From Lingula anatina (lineage: Eukaryota > Animalia > Brachiopoda), in assembly GCA_051362555.1 (NCBI GenBank), contig CM120642.1:10292001-10356000 (forward strand): a stretch of DNA of 64,000 nucleotides, given 5' to 3'. The notes under the pieces are model-generated. The model searched no databases. It was not told the origin of the DNA and was given only the letters and a program-made list of their open reading frames with translations. Positions within the stretch are counted from its first letter, which is position 1. Each line of letters starts with the position of its first letter. Position numbers and translations under genes: made by a program. Of the stretch, positions 15,301 through 29,058 are shown piece after piece.

Positions 15301-16612
15301 GAAGCAAAATCTTTTTTAAATTGTTGGTATCCCAAGAGAATTCTCCACCCTCATCATAAACTTACCTTTGTATTGGTTTGGTGCAACTCATACCCAGCAT
15401 TTTCTAGCTCACTTAGGAGTTTATGATTTTGTGCGACCAGCTGAGAATTTTCCTCCCTGAGTAACTGCAACTTTTTTCTCAGGGTTTCATTCTCATACTC
15501 TGACACAACACTGGATGTACTGGAAGGGGGTTTCCTTGGTTCTACAGTTTTCTAAAAATAATAATAATAATAATAATAATAATATTAATAATAATAATAA
15601 TAATAATAACAACAACACTAACAACAACAACAACAACAATAAAGGAATTGGAAAAACAAGGCATAAGTGCCAATATCATCATTGAAGCTTAGGTTGAGCA
15701 CTGGGAGAATAACAAATATGCTGTCAAAGTATTAATGCCACAGTATCTGCCAGTATGTGGATGTATGTCAAAATCCACTACAGATTTTTTACTTAAACCA
15801 TGAAAACCAATTTATTATACTTTTTTTTTTGTAACTGTATACACTAATTTACAAATCATTTTTCCGTCTTCATTGTCTTTCTCTATTGCATTTTTTTTTA
15901 AATGACTAACACCACATCAATATACAATTCTTTTAAATAATGATGGTGATATTGATATAACCATAAATCTTTCAGATCAGATACTGAAACCATATTTAAA
16001 GTCCAACACATGACAGTCTTACTTTAGGGGTGCTGTAACTTGGTGTATTCTTCTTGAAATCACTGTAGGAAGAACCAAGAGGAATACTGCTTCCAGATCT
16101 GTAACTTCTATGACCTCCTGCATCAGAGCCCTCTGGTGTCAGATCTTCCATCCTCAGGGGTGGGGGTGGCCTGTCTTGATCCTGTGATACCCTTTTTCGA
16201 CCCCTAGTGTCATTGCTGAGCTGGTAGCTGTATGAGAAAATCAAAATATTTTTCTTATCATACTTGTGAAATCAAAATGTTTCTTTATGCTCTAAATGCT
16301 AAGGCCAATGGCATCACCAAGAGAACCATACTCTCGCTAAAAAGCAAATTATTGAGTGATATTTCACAGGATTTGGAGAGTGGTGTCAGAAATAATGGTT
16401 ATCTAGCTTAAAAGTTATGTAATAATACCAGTATATACATGTAAAGAATAACAAATTTTACAACTTTACCTTCCTTGACTACCCCCACGTGATGAGCTAA
16501 TGTCTATAGAGTTAAGGCTGTGAAGACTTCTTTCTGTCTGCTGTAGTCGTTTTCTCAGCTGCTGAACATTCTTCAAGAGTAATTCCTCTTCTGAAGCATC
16601 TCCTGACATCAT
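3392..16612 (-). CDS. CCDC18: Coiled-coil domain-containing protein 18-like, about 28 coding exons
   Basis: ATG at 16612; N-terminus MMSGDASEEELLLKNVQQLRKRLQQTERSLHSL resembles the recalled human CCDC18 N-terminus ([26 protein letters not shown]); many E/Q/K/L-rich heptad exons (e.g. 10437-10822, 7027-7241, 4976-5189); Ser/Pro-rich exon 4120-4717; last exon 3392-3482 ending TGA; phases consistent where checked. Confidence 0.8.
9257..9312. repeat. (GT)n microsatellite in a CCDC18 intron
   Basis: Direct inspection. Confidence 0.95.
15557..15640. repeat. (AAT)n(AAC)n compound microsatellite
   Basis: Direct inspection; on the minus strand it lies in the pyrimidine tract of a CCDC18 acceptor. 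Confidence 0.95.
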
Positions 16613-17244
16613 GAAGAGGTTATTATTTCTTCAAACTGAAAAAAAAAACAATATATGTCTGCAATAAATTTGATATAAACAACATGTAATGTTTGGTACT
16701 TAAATATAACATCACATAATGTTTGGTACTTTCAATTAAGTAAGTTAAATTTTATATATATGTTATTTTGTTACGTCCATCAGTTGTCTGATAATAATCA
16801 TTGTACATGTGGATTTATATTCAAATCGCTATTATATGTACTCTCCATAATTTAAATTACATCTAAAAGTGACAGCAAGACAAATGAAATTTGATGTTAC
16901 CCAATAATGACATCAATAACTAAACCCTTAAAAAACATTTTACAACAATAAAGTACTAAGTCTTCGCACGGCAGACCGATAGCGATTATTAAAACTGTAC
17001 CTCTGTCGTGTTTCTTTAAATCAAGATCAGAATAAGTAACTTTGTAACCCAGCGCCAAAGAGAGACTGGGCTAACTGGGCTACGTCAAACATCAATGATA
17101 CGACCTTTGTCTTCGCGTACCTGACAACAAGTTACAGTGTACAAAACCAAAATACCTTTGCGTAGTAAGATGGTTCTCTTTCAATTCTATGTAAAAGAAT
17201 AGACAGATATATTAATCATTTGCTTTTTCCAGGACATAACTCAC

Positions 17245-17580
17245 TTTGCAAACCTTGTAAATGTCACTCTACCCAGCGAGCTTGTTTTCGTTTTCCACCA
17301 TTTTGCAGATGAAAACCGCCGCGGGCCTCTGATTGGTTGGACATATCTAGGTCACCGTTTCCGTTTTACAATATTAATTTCTGCACTCTATATGTTGTTA
17401 TCTGACCCACACACACACTAAAATGTGTATATAAAGAATAGAAAATATTAATTAAGAATATTTAACCTACTTTAAATGGAAATATGTACTTAACTGGTAA
17501 AAATATTTACAAAATTCTAAGTGTCTCGATATCAATGATCTGCGCATGAGTGATAGAAACTTCCTTTTTACCTGAAACGT
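17245..17580. promoter_or_regulatory. Bidirectional promoter CCDC18/RPL5 with TCT/5'-TOP initiator
   Basis: Pyrimidine tract cttccttttt at ~17560 typical of ribosomal-protein TSSs; NRF1-like TGCGCATG at 17541; GATTGG (CCAAT on minus) at 17331; YY1-like CCATTTT at ~17298; minus-strand donor GTGAGT at 17244 for a putative non-coding CCDC18 exon. Confidence 0.65.
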
Positions 17581-17636
17581 CAGCCCCCAGCCGAAGCTAC
17601 CTGGGCTAATCGCCTTTGAAGGCTTATAGCACCAAA

Positions 17637-20600
17637 ATGGTAAGCTTTATGCCACATATTTTTGTCAATAATAAAGAAATAACCTTTGTCCTATCGATTG
17701 AGATAAAAATTCAGTTTGGATGAATTTGTTTTCCCGTGATATTAATTGATTCAAAATTATGACCTGTCTGTAAAATGTATAATCATGGCCGAATATACCA
17801 GCGTGGAAAATGAGTTGGGCGTACCGGTGGTGTTTATGTGAGTTATGTTTGAATTGATTTACCATGAAGAGCTAGCGTGAGCTTTTGGTCCTCATGTCCT
17901 TATGTTAATTTGAGCAGAAAATACTTTTCTCAGTAGCAGAGGTTGATCAAATATTAGCATTATGGCTTCGAAATTTTCTATTTGTAAGGCGACGGTGTGA
18001 TTGATGAATATATATATTCTTGACTTATTAAAAACTGTGGATAAATAACAATGCAATTTTTGAACGAGTAATTCATTGTCAAATATCATGTTTCATGTAG
18101 TCACTGCAGCTTTCTCAAGCTTGTTATCAAGAACCTAGTCTATTGCACTAAACACCTTTATTTTATGGTCAATTTGTTAAATTAAATCCTGCCACCTGTC
18201 TGCATAGTTTCTTGATATCTGCTCATTACAAGACTGTTTATACAATAATATCCTTTAGTATTATAATTACATCACATGAAGAACAGAAATCGTGTCTTTA
18301 CCCAAGTTGTTTCACACAGTTATAAAAAGTAAAAGCACTGTTATCCATGGAATTTTTTGTCCCTCTTTTTCAGGGGTTTGTGAAAGTAGTGAAGAATAAA
18401 GCTTATTTCAAGCGATTTCAAGTTAAATACAAGAGAAGAAGAGGTCAGTTGAAACACTGTTATATTATACCATATGCCATATTTTTATCTGTACATTTTG
18501 AATTTAGTAATTGAGTTCAATAATGCCAACAACAACAGTAAGATGTAGACTGAAACAATTGGAACGAGACAATTTGCTCACAAGCAATAACTGGCTGGAA
18601 AAAAGTTATTTGCTAAAATATCAGTGATATATGGTAGAAAATATTAGTTTTGGGCAGGACCCAAGCAAACTTGCTAATTTCTTGCAAGTGCGTGATTGTA
18701 AATTACTTTGCCTTTGGCTACAGAAAGTGAATATTGAAAAGTTAGGTCCACTTGGTTTTCAAAAGCCTAAAATATTGATTCAAATTTAGCCTTGTAAATA
18801 ACAAAGGTTATCAAAATCCCATAAATGCATGGATATTTCACTGTGTTTGTTTCCATTTTCATAGAGGGGAGAACTGATTATTATGCCCGTAAAAGACTTG
18901 TTGTACAAGACAAGAACAAGTACAACACTCCCAAGTACAGAATGATTGTGCGCTTCACTAACAAGGATATCACATGCCAGGTAGGGAAACTTGAAATGTG
19001 TTTGTGCACATATGTGTGCATGCATTCACATGCATACACACACTAGAAAGGACACGTTTCCTTTGTTAACATCATGTTGAGTAAATAAATTTTGGAGTAA
19101 TGCATTTAAGGTTAGGGTGTGAATCAGTTTAAATACATTTGAAAAGTATCTTCTGTTTTTGTAGTGTGACATGCTTAAATTTTAAAACATAATTGTTAAA
19201 GGAAGAAATTTGTATTCTAAAGAATGTAACCCAGTGCAGTTATACTTTTTGCGATTCAATCTGGAAGATTATTTTTCCCATTGGAATGAGTTTAAAGGTA
19301 CATACGAACCGAGCATCGGTGGAGTGTGGATTCCCAGTAACATATGTAAACCACTTCTACTAGTTTCTTATACGACTCAAATAAATTTGACATGCCAAGG
19401 GATAAACTGAATAGATCACTCAATCAGCCATAAAAGAGCTTTAGACTGCTTTCTTAAAATTTTTGGTCGGAAATTTAACCTACTTTCCTGACCTACTTTT
19501 CTGCCCCATTGACATAGAATGCTAGCAGAAAAATCAATCAAACATCATTTTCGGGTAAAATTAAACATGCTTTTTGGTAATTCTCTTAGTTATACTACTT
19601 GAAACTATATGCTGGCATTTGGTTGGTTTTTGTGACAAAAAATTGACTTTGTATGCATCTTTAACTGCTTGACCAAAATTGTGGTTTTCCTCTTTGCAGA
19701 TAGCGTACGCCAGAATCGAGGGAGACGTGGTCATCTGTGCTGCCTATGCCCACGAGCTTCCCCGCTATGGCGTCAAGGTCGGGTTGACAAACTATGCTGC
19801 TGCATATTGCACAGGATTGCTGCTTGCTCGCAGGGTAAGGCTGAAGTTATTGATCTATGTTAATTTGAGAGAACAATTGTAAAGAGGATTTTAGGTACTA
19901 GTACACAAGTCTCAGGTAACTTGTAGTAAAATTTGCAGTGGCTACTTGGCATAGTGGAATAGTTTAAAGTAAATTGACTGGCATTTTAGTGGCATTCACA
20001 AATTTAGCAAAGTTAATAAGATTACAGCATGGTACCCACCTATAAATGTGCAGTGTGTATCCTTTGAAGAAAGTTAGCCAGGCCAAAGTCGGTGGTAAGA
20101 TTTTTCAATCCCATTGTGTGTTCATGAAATAAGACCCCCCTGTTTCCTTTTGTTTTAGTTGCTGAAACAACTGAACCTGGATAGTATCTACAGTGGAGTG
20201 GATGAGGTCACTGGAGATGAGTACATGGTGGAAGATGTGGATGGGGAGGCTGGCGCCTTCAGGGCCTACCTGGACGTAGGTCTGGCCAGGACCACCACTG
20301 GTGCTCGTGTGTTTGGTGCCATGAAGGGTGCCGTGGATGGAGGCTTGGACATCCCTCACAGGTCAGTTGGTGTGAGATGATATGGAAACTGTGTCCAGTT
20401 ATAAGGGCTGTGATCATTGGTTTTCTATATTTTAAGGGCTAATGTGATGACTTGGATCATAGACCAGAGTTAAATTGTTTTGTTGTTAGTGACCTCTTAG
20501 TTTATGCAAATGTAGCTTTGGGAAAAGTTTTGACAAGCATAATCACTGTTGAGAAATTTTCTTCTGGTGCATGCATTTCTTCATCTTTAGTCTTAAAGAT

Positions 20601-21469
20601 TTCATACTTGCTCAAGTGTTCTTTGGTTTTATCTTTTAGTCAAAAGCGCTTCCCAGGCTATGACGGAGAGAGTAAGGAGTTCAGTGCTGAGGTCCACAGA
20701 GCTCATATCTTTGGTCAGCATGTGGCTGACTACATGAGGAAACTGGAGGAGGAAGACGAGGACGCCTTCAAGAGACAGTTTTCTCAATACATTAGGGAGG
20801 GAGTCACCGCTGATTCTGTAAGTTTCTCAACTCCCCTGGGGCTTCAGTTGCCCTTTTTTTGTAGATAGTTAAATTAAGTTTTATTTATGGCAAATTGTTT
20901 AATGTTGTTTTGCTGATGGTCTATTTTTAAGGGAAATTTTTTATTTGAATTTTTAACAACCCAAATTGATATCTTTAATTTTTTTAATACAGTAAAATGA
21001 GTTTATCAGTAGTTGAAAAATTACAGTCACCCATGAAAAAGCTTTTTCTAGGGACACTTGTAAATGATGATCCCAATTTGACACCTCTTATGGGAGTGTT
21101 ATACTGACACAATGAATAAAACTTGCTTACTGAGCATAACTGATACTAGTGTCCTATAAAAAAGCCAAAAGCTTGATGAATTACGCTACCATCACTGTTT
21201 CTTTTTTAAAATCAAGAGGGATTTTTTTCAGAAAATGTTTAAAATTCCAGCAGGTAATAATGTGTAACTATATTTTTCAGATTGAGGAGGTTTACAAAAA
21301 AGCCCACGCTGCAATTCGTGAAGATCCAGAACGTAAACCTGGCCCAGAAAAAGATATCAAGAAGAAGAGGTGGAACCGTAGCTCAATGTCTCTTGCACAA
21401 CGCAGAGATCGTGTCAAACAGAAGAAGGCATCGTACCTTAAAAAGCTGGAAGAAGCTGGAGATGATTAG
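17637..21469 (+). CDS. RPL5: 60S ribosomal protein L5 (uL18); coding exons 17637-17639, 18374-18443, 18865-18980, 19700-19834, 20159-20361, 20640-20817, 21281-21469
   Basis: [60 protein letters not shown]..., [29 protein letters not shown]; all introns GT-AG and in phase; AATAAA at 21475. Confidence 0.99.
21051..21155 (+). ncRNA. Intronic box C/D snoRNA, SNORD60/snR48-like (28S 2'-O-methylation guide)
   Basis: Box C ATGATGA 21064-21070; box D CTGA 21140-21143; flanking stem ggacact...agtgtcc; guide TGACACCTCTT (21079-21089) complementary to conserved 28S AAGAGGUGUCA, followed by D'-like ATGG in the same register as recalled SNORD60 (UGACACCUC-GU-AUGA). Confidence 0.75.
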
Positions 21470-24336
21470 ATTTGAATAAAAAAAATGACTGCAATGCCAA
21501 AGGCAATACTTTGTAATAATGAAAATTTAAAAAAATATATATTGAAGTATGTGCCTATTAAATGCCTAAGGCAACACGAAGTGAAATGGCGTGTCAATGT
21601 TTTTTTTTCACACAACACTCAAAACATTCATAGGATAAGTACATCAAATTGGGTGAAAAAATCCATTTTCTAATGTTCGCTTATTGCAATCTGAAACTGC
21701 TGGCAAGTCGCTTCGTTTCACGGTCCCTTTCTTTTTTCTGTGAATGAGCAATTCTGTTCTGATGAAGCTGTTGCCCAAACATTGACAACCCAGTTACGAA
21801 ACGAGGACTCTTCTCCGTTGAGCACATACTGGTTAGAGTTGATGTGACGTTAATGGGTCAAGATTCCCGCACTTGCCCGTAGAAATCGATTGGAATCGGA
21901 CGCTATCACGTGGGTTGCCTGTACGTGACACCGGTGTTCGGTTACAAATTTCTCCCAGAGAAGTTGGATCGGACCAATGTCCCAAATTTTTGATAGAAAA
22001 TTATGACTTGAACGTCCTGTTATCGTTTTGACGACAAATGATTTAAGGCTACAAGTGACGCGTAATGTTAAAAAGTAACGCTTATTAAAGCTCCGTGGAA
22101 GTGACGAGGTTGACTCATCTTTTGGCTTCCCCTGATACGAAACCACTAGTAGTGATTAAATGTGTCATTGTATTAATAATTGTATAGAAAGTCTGTAAAA
22201 GTTAACGACTTGCCCATTACAGAGAAGATTGCCACAAAACCCAAATGCACATCCGGATTTATCGCACTGTGACAGTTGAGATGGCTTACGCCAGCATAGA
22301 ATCTGTTGTGGTGTAATTTCTACAGAAAATTAATAGAGGTTTGAGTTTTTACGAAACAAAAGTGCTGTATCAACCAAAGAAAATGTCACGTGTGTATTAA
22401 ACCTGCTTCTGTGAAACAACAGTGATAGGTCATTTTTGGTTATAATTTCATAATAGGTCTATATTGACATAATTTCTAAACCTAATATCGTTTGCCAAAA
22501 AAATTAAAGAATTAGCCAAGCTCTTTGCTTATAAACTACTGAGAATTGTAGTTTTAACGGTAATAATAAAAATAATAATAATTTTATTAACGTCTCACGT
22601 TTTAAAGAATAAAACGCACCCTACTAAGAGATATGAGAGACTAAAACCTGTGATACTACATTTAAAATTCATAAAAGTTCTTTAAAATTATTACTTACCA
22701 ATAAAACAAAAATTGGCAGTTTTAGCAGTCGACCCAATTGATTATACTCAAGTTATTCACAGGTGGGGATTAAAAGAAATCTGCTGAGATGCATATACTG
22801 TTACGCGAACAGTAGGGGCATAATGTAAAGAAGGGATTGAGGGAGAATGAGCTGATAAGCTCTATGAGTGATGCCATTCTATGGAATATGTATATTTCCC
22901 ATGATGTGTGCTTTAAAACCCCTACCTGTATTTTTTCCAAACTTTGATCAAAAGCAAAAACGCTTGAATATCTCATCACCAAAGATTTTTTTCATCAAAA
23001 TTAGCTAAAGATTAAAGAAAACAACTTATCTAACACTTACAACATTAAAGCAACTAACAATGTATTCAACTACGAATTTTAGAGCAGCTTCGGCGTCATT
23101 TGGTTAACATACACCATAAACTGTATATTATAAAGGCTAGACACATATTATCCATTGAACGACTATAGCACGTACACAACATTTGGAACGTAAAAAAACT
23201 GAGTTCACCAAGAACATGAATAAAATACAAGCTATCCCGTCTTAATTGATTCTACACTATCTTGAAACTTTCTAACTAACTGTAAACAAGTATGGTGCTC
23301 ACTACCAGGTCCAGGTTTGCTGAAAGAGAAAAAGGGTGGAAGAGAGAGGAAGTTAATTTGCCAAGGATGCACCAAAAATCATTTCTGAAATGCTAGGGCG
23401 TTGGCTGGTTCCATTTCTTCCGCGTTGACAAGGGAAGTTTTCTGTTTGGTAACTTAATTCTTTGGGAAAGCAAAATTGTCTTTTTGTCTTTGATAGCCAA
23501 CTATACTTTTAAGTTGACGTTGTTAAAATGTACAAATCATAGACTGACCTAGGTGCATTGGGATTTCTGAATGCCAGAAGATATGGGCAATTACACCTGA
23601 ATGCATATCTTAACGGTTCCCCAAAACCCCCAATGTCCATTCTTTTTAATTTAAAGCCAAAGGTCTGTGAATATCTGTAAGTCTGTGTTCACAGGGTAAT
23701 AACATCGTGTACACGAAGCATGATGGAATTAAAAAACGGAACATTTGGCCTCGCACGCAGCCCCGGAAATTAAAATAAATGATTGCAATTAAGGACATTC
23801 TGAAATTTATGACACATAATTCTGTGAGTCCTTTAGTGTTGCTTTTTGTCTCGGGGAAAATGGGCTGGCTTTGCCATATTGTTTTGGTTATGAGTAGTAG
23901 TAGTGGTACGAGTGGTGGGTTGGGGGTAGTTGAACAAGGGCTCCCAATCCATCTGCCCGCCTTGTTGTTGTTGTTGAAGCCGCTGTAACAGGAATGGAAG
24001 TCCGCCAGGAACCGTAGTCCGCTTCCCATTACTTTGTACAGGTGACATTCGTTCCATATTCTAACCCCAATACTCCAACTAACCCTAACCTGTACAATTT
24101 CAAATCATATGGGACCCGGACATCCTTTCCTAGGACTTCCATTCCTGTCACATCACTACCATGTTTTATTTCACAAGCAGGTAAATTCAGACGAGAAAAA
24201 ACAGTCAGAAAGCATATAAGTCCAGGTTCCAGCAGTGTTGTACCTCAGTGGTGTGGCAGTGAGTCGGTCAGCTGTCCTGTCCCGATATCAATATCCAGCT
24301 GAATTTTCATCCCATCCTTTCCAATTAGTGACCGTT

Positions 24337-26541
<2,205 letters not shown>

Positions 26542-27352
26542 AGCTATTCACAAATTGGTGTCCTATATTCTGAGAACACGTTAAGTCGTTTGTGACAACT
26601 AGCGTTTAGAGAGCTGTGACCTGTCTGCTTTTTCACCCTGAGAGTTACAGGTGCTCGGTTTTTAACCCTGTTTAACTTCACAGTATTAAACTGTAAGACA
26701 ATCTGGTTTAATGCACTGTTCTGGATTGTGGGTGCTCCTCTAAAATTTGCCAAGTTCCCTATAAACTTGTGCTGTTACCAAGGTGAAATGACGTGCAGTG
26801 CGTTCTTTGGAATCGGTGTCGGTTGGAAGGCCGTATACTCGATGCGATCTGCGCGTATTCCCTTTCAACCACGACCACTATGCAGACTATAAGTTGTATG
26901 TGGAGTGGAAAAATTTTATGTTCAATTTCCAAAATACGTACTCTTGATGGCCCTTTACATCTAACCTTTGCACGATATGAAATGCTCGTGTAAGGAACGT
27001 AAGCAGTCAGACGCTAAGCGTTCGCCACTCCCCGACGCCGTTACAGAAGAGTTATTTCCAGTTAATCATCTTTTCAATGCCCCGTTGACCCAGTCGTCCC
27101 GCGTCTATTTTTCGTTGTTTCTGTCGAGCAGCTGTCGGAAGAGGCTGAGAAAAAAGAGACATCAATTATGATGCGGGGCGGCGAATTACATGTAGCGTTG
27201 ACCTTAGATGGAACTCTAGTGAAACTCTGCCATTTTAGTACATTATTCTGAATGTAATTAGTGGTTGAGTGTTTAAAAATGACACTTGAGTACTCAGCGT
27301 TTTTTCTCTTTCTTTCTGGTCTATTTATTTGGTTGTGAAAATAAAAAAGAGT

Positions 27353-27397
27353 GATATAATATAATATAATATAATATAATATAATATAATATAATAT
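27353..27397. repeat. (TATAA)n pentanucleotide microsatellite
   Basis: Direct inspection. Confidence 0.95.
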
Positions 27398-29058
27398 GTC
27401 GGCAGCAGTTTTGTTTCCATCACGAAGGCAAATGTGATGTAGAACTTCGTTTCAAATGCTCACAGTTAAAGTTACATCAAATTATGTAGTTCTACTGTAT
27501 TGCCCTATTTTTTTCACTTCTCAGTCACGCACGCACGCACACTTTGTTATATCATCATAACCCCGTATCCTTCATATCTTTACGACAACTTAAATTTCAA
27601 CGTAGTGCGTAGTCAGCACTATTTATGAAAAAGAATTGGGACTAAATCCAATTGCCTGGAGTGCGATATTTAACCCGCCTCATATCTTCTTTTCATCTCT
27701 CCTCTACATATATCTTATCCCCTCCCCATACCCGTACCACGTTGCTTTGACATGTCAAATAATCCTTTACTTACCTTTCTTGAAAAAATTGTTTTCTTGC
27801 AGCTTGTCAGTGCGGCTGGGTAATTACGATGTCTCCTTTTGGTTGTTTGAGAAGGGTTAGCAAAACAAAAATGCCAATATGACCTACATTGACGGGCGTA
27901 TGCTTTTCCAGAACGCATAACAGGCGTAACATTCTTGAATATGAAAAAAGTCAGCGATAGGTGCATTTTACCATAGAGGAGTAACCAGAACTTTATGAAG
28001 GTGTTACCTGTGTAAAAGGAGCATCGTGTTTTGTTGAACTCATAAATCAGCGCCTTTCTCTGTAAGTTTTGAGTCGCGGCATGCTGGGTGATTTGAGGAT
28101 ATGGTGATTGCACTTGGCGTTTTGTCTGTTTGCTTAGTGTCGATCCCCGGTTCAGATACTCATTTGCTCTATCCCTCACAAGAAGGGAGCATCTTACTTA
28201 ATATCAATGCTGGATCTTTTTTCACCTTACCTTAATATGCTGTATTCCAAACATTCCTCTAAAACTGTTTCTGTGTTTGTTATTTTTCCATATCTTTATT
28301 TATAAATTAGTACTAAACTTGAATTTTAATCGTTTTTTGGCGATTATGTTTAATAAACCAAGCTGGTGGACTGACTATTTTGTTTCATATTTAGATTTAT
28401 ACCATTTAAGAGTTGAAAAATAATAATTTTGCGAATCAAAGAGTTGCAGAGTTGATGCGAAAGAAACTATAACCACAGGGACATAAAAGACATACATTTG
28501 GAATCCGATATGGTGGCATATTTCAAATTATCCGGATGCAGCGTATAAAACAAACCCTTTTCATGATTTAAAATATGTTAGATTGTTCTTTTCAAACTTC
28601 GTTCGCCAGGATATATTTTTGCAATAAAACCAAATTGTATATGGAAACAATATAGGCTCACTAAAAATTTATCCTTGTCACAAGAAGATGATAAAACCAT
28701 CGCTTTTAAATGCTTTTTAAAATCTATGTGTGAAAATAGAGTAATAGTAAAAAAGCTTTACTTTCTGATAAAATAGTTTGGCAAAAGTCAGTGATAATTT
28801 CTTTTTCGTTACACTGTTCTTAACGTAAATAACTTAAATGTTCTGCAGTCCAAACTAAGCACTTTTGCTTAGGTCAAGAAAGTACATACAGTAAACTGCT
28901 GATTATTGTTCCTAGAGCCCTGCTTAAGAGGCTGTTGTACACCTGTGATTCATTGAAAGTCACGTGATCTCGCAGCACGCCCCAGTAAACCACGTAGTAC
29001 GCTATAAATAAACACTTAATCCCTAGCCTATTAACGTGTGGCCTAGATATTCGTAAAA

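Noticed and set aside
20444-20560. Box C motif GTGATGA in RPL5 intron 5 as a U21 ortholog
   Set aside because: No U21 guide (TGTTTCAAGACGGG) and no properly placed CTGA box D.
21707-21825. Hammerhead-ribozyme-like CTGATGA (21759) ... GAAAC (21798), with upstream cttcgtttc complementarity
   Set aside because: Stem I cannot be formed in type I or type III topology, and stem II would close with an A-C mismatch.
22218-22229. ACAGAGAAGATT matching the U6 snRNA core
   Set aside because: Only 12 nt; the flanks do not resemble U6.
23646-24302. Several overlapping ORFs, including a poly-Q/T one, downstream of beta-like gene A
   Set aside because: Driven by (TTG)n/(TAG)n microrepeats and mostly beyond the AATAAA; stop-codon readthrough of gene A would end after three codons.
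27715-28179. 154-aa minus-strand ORF between the beta-like genes
   Set aside because: Non-ATG start, no recognisable domain and no splice support; probably a chance ORF.
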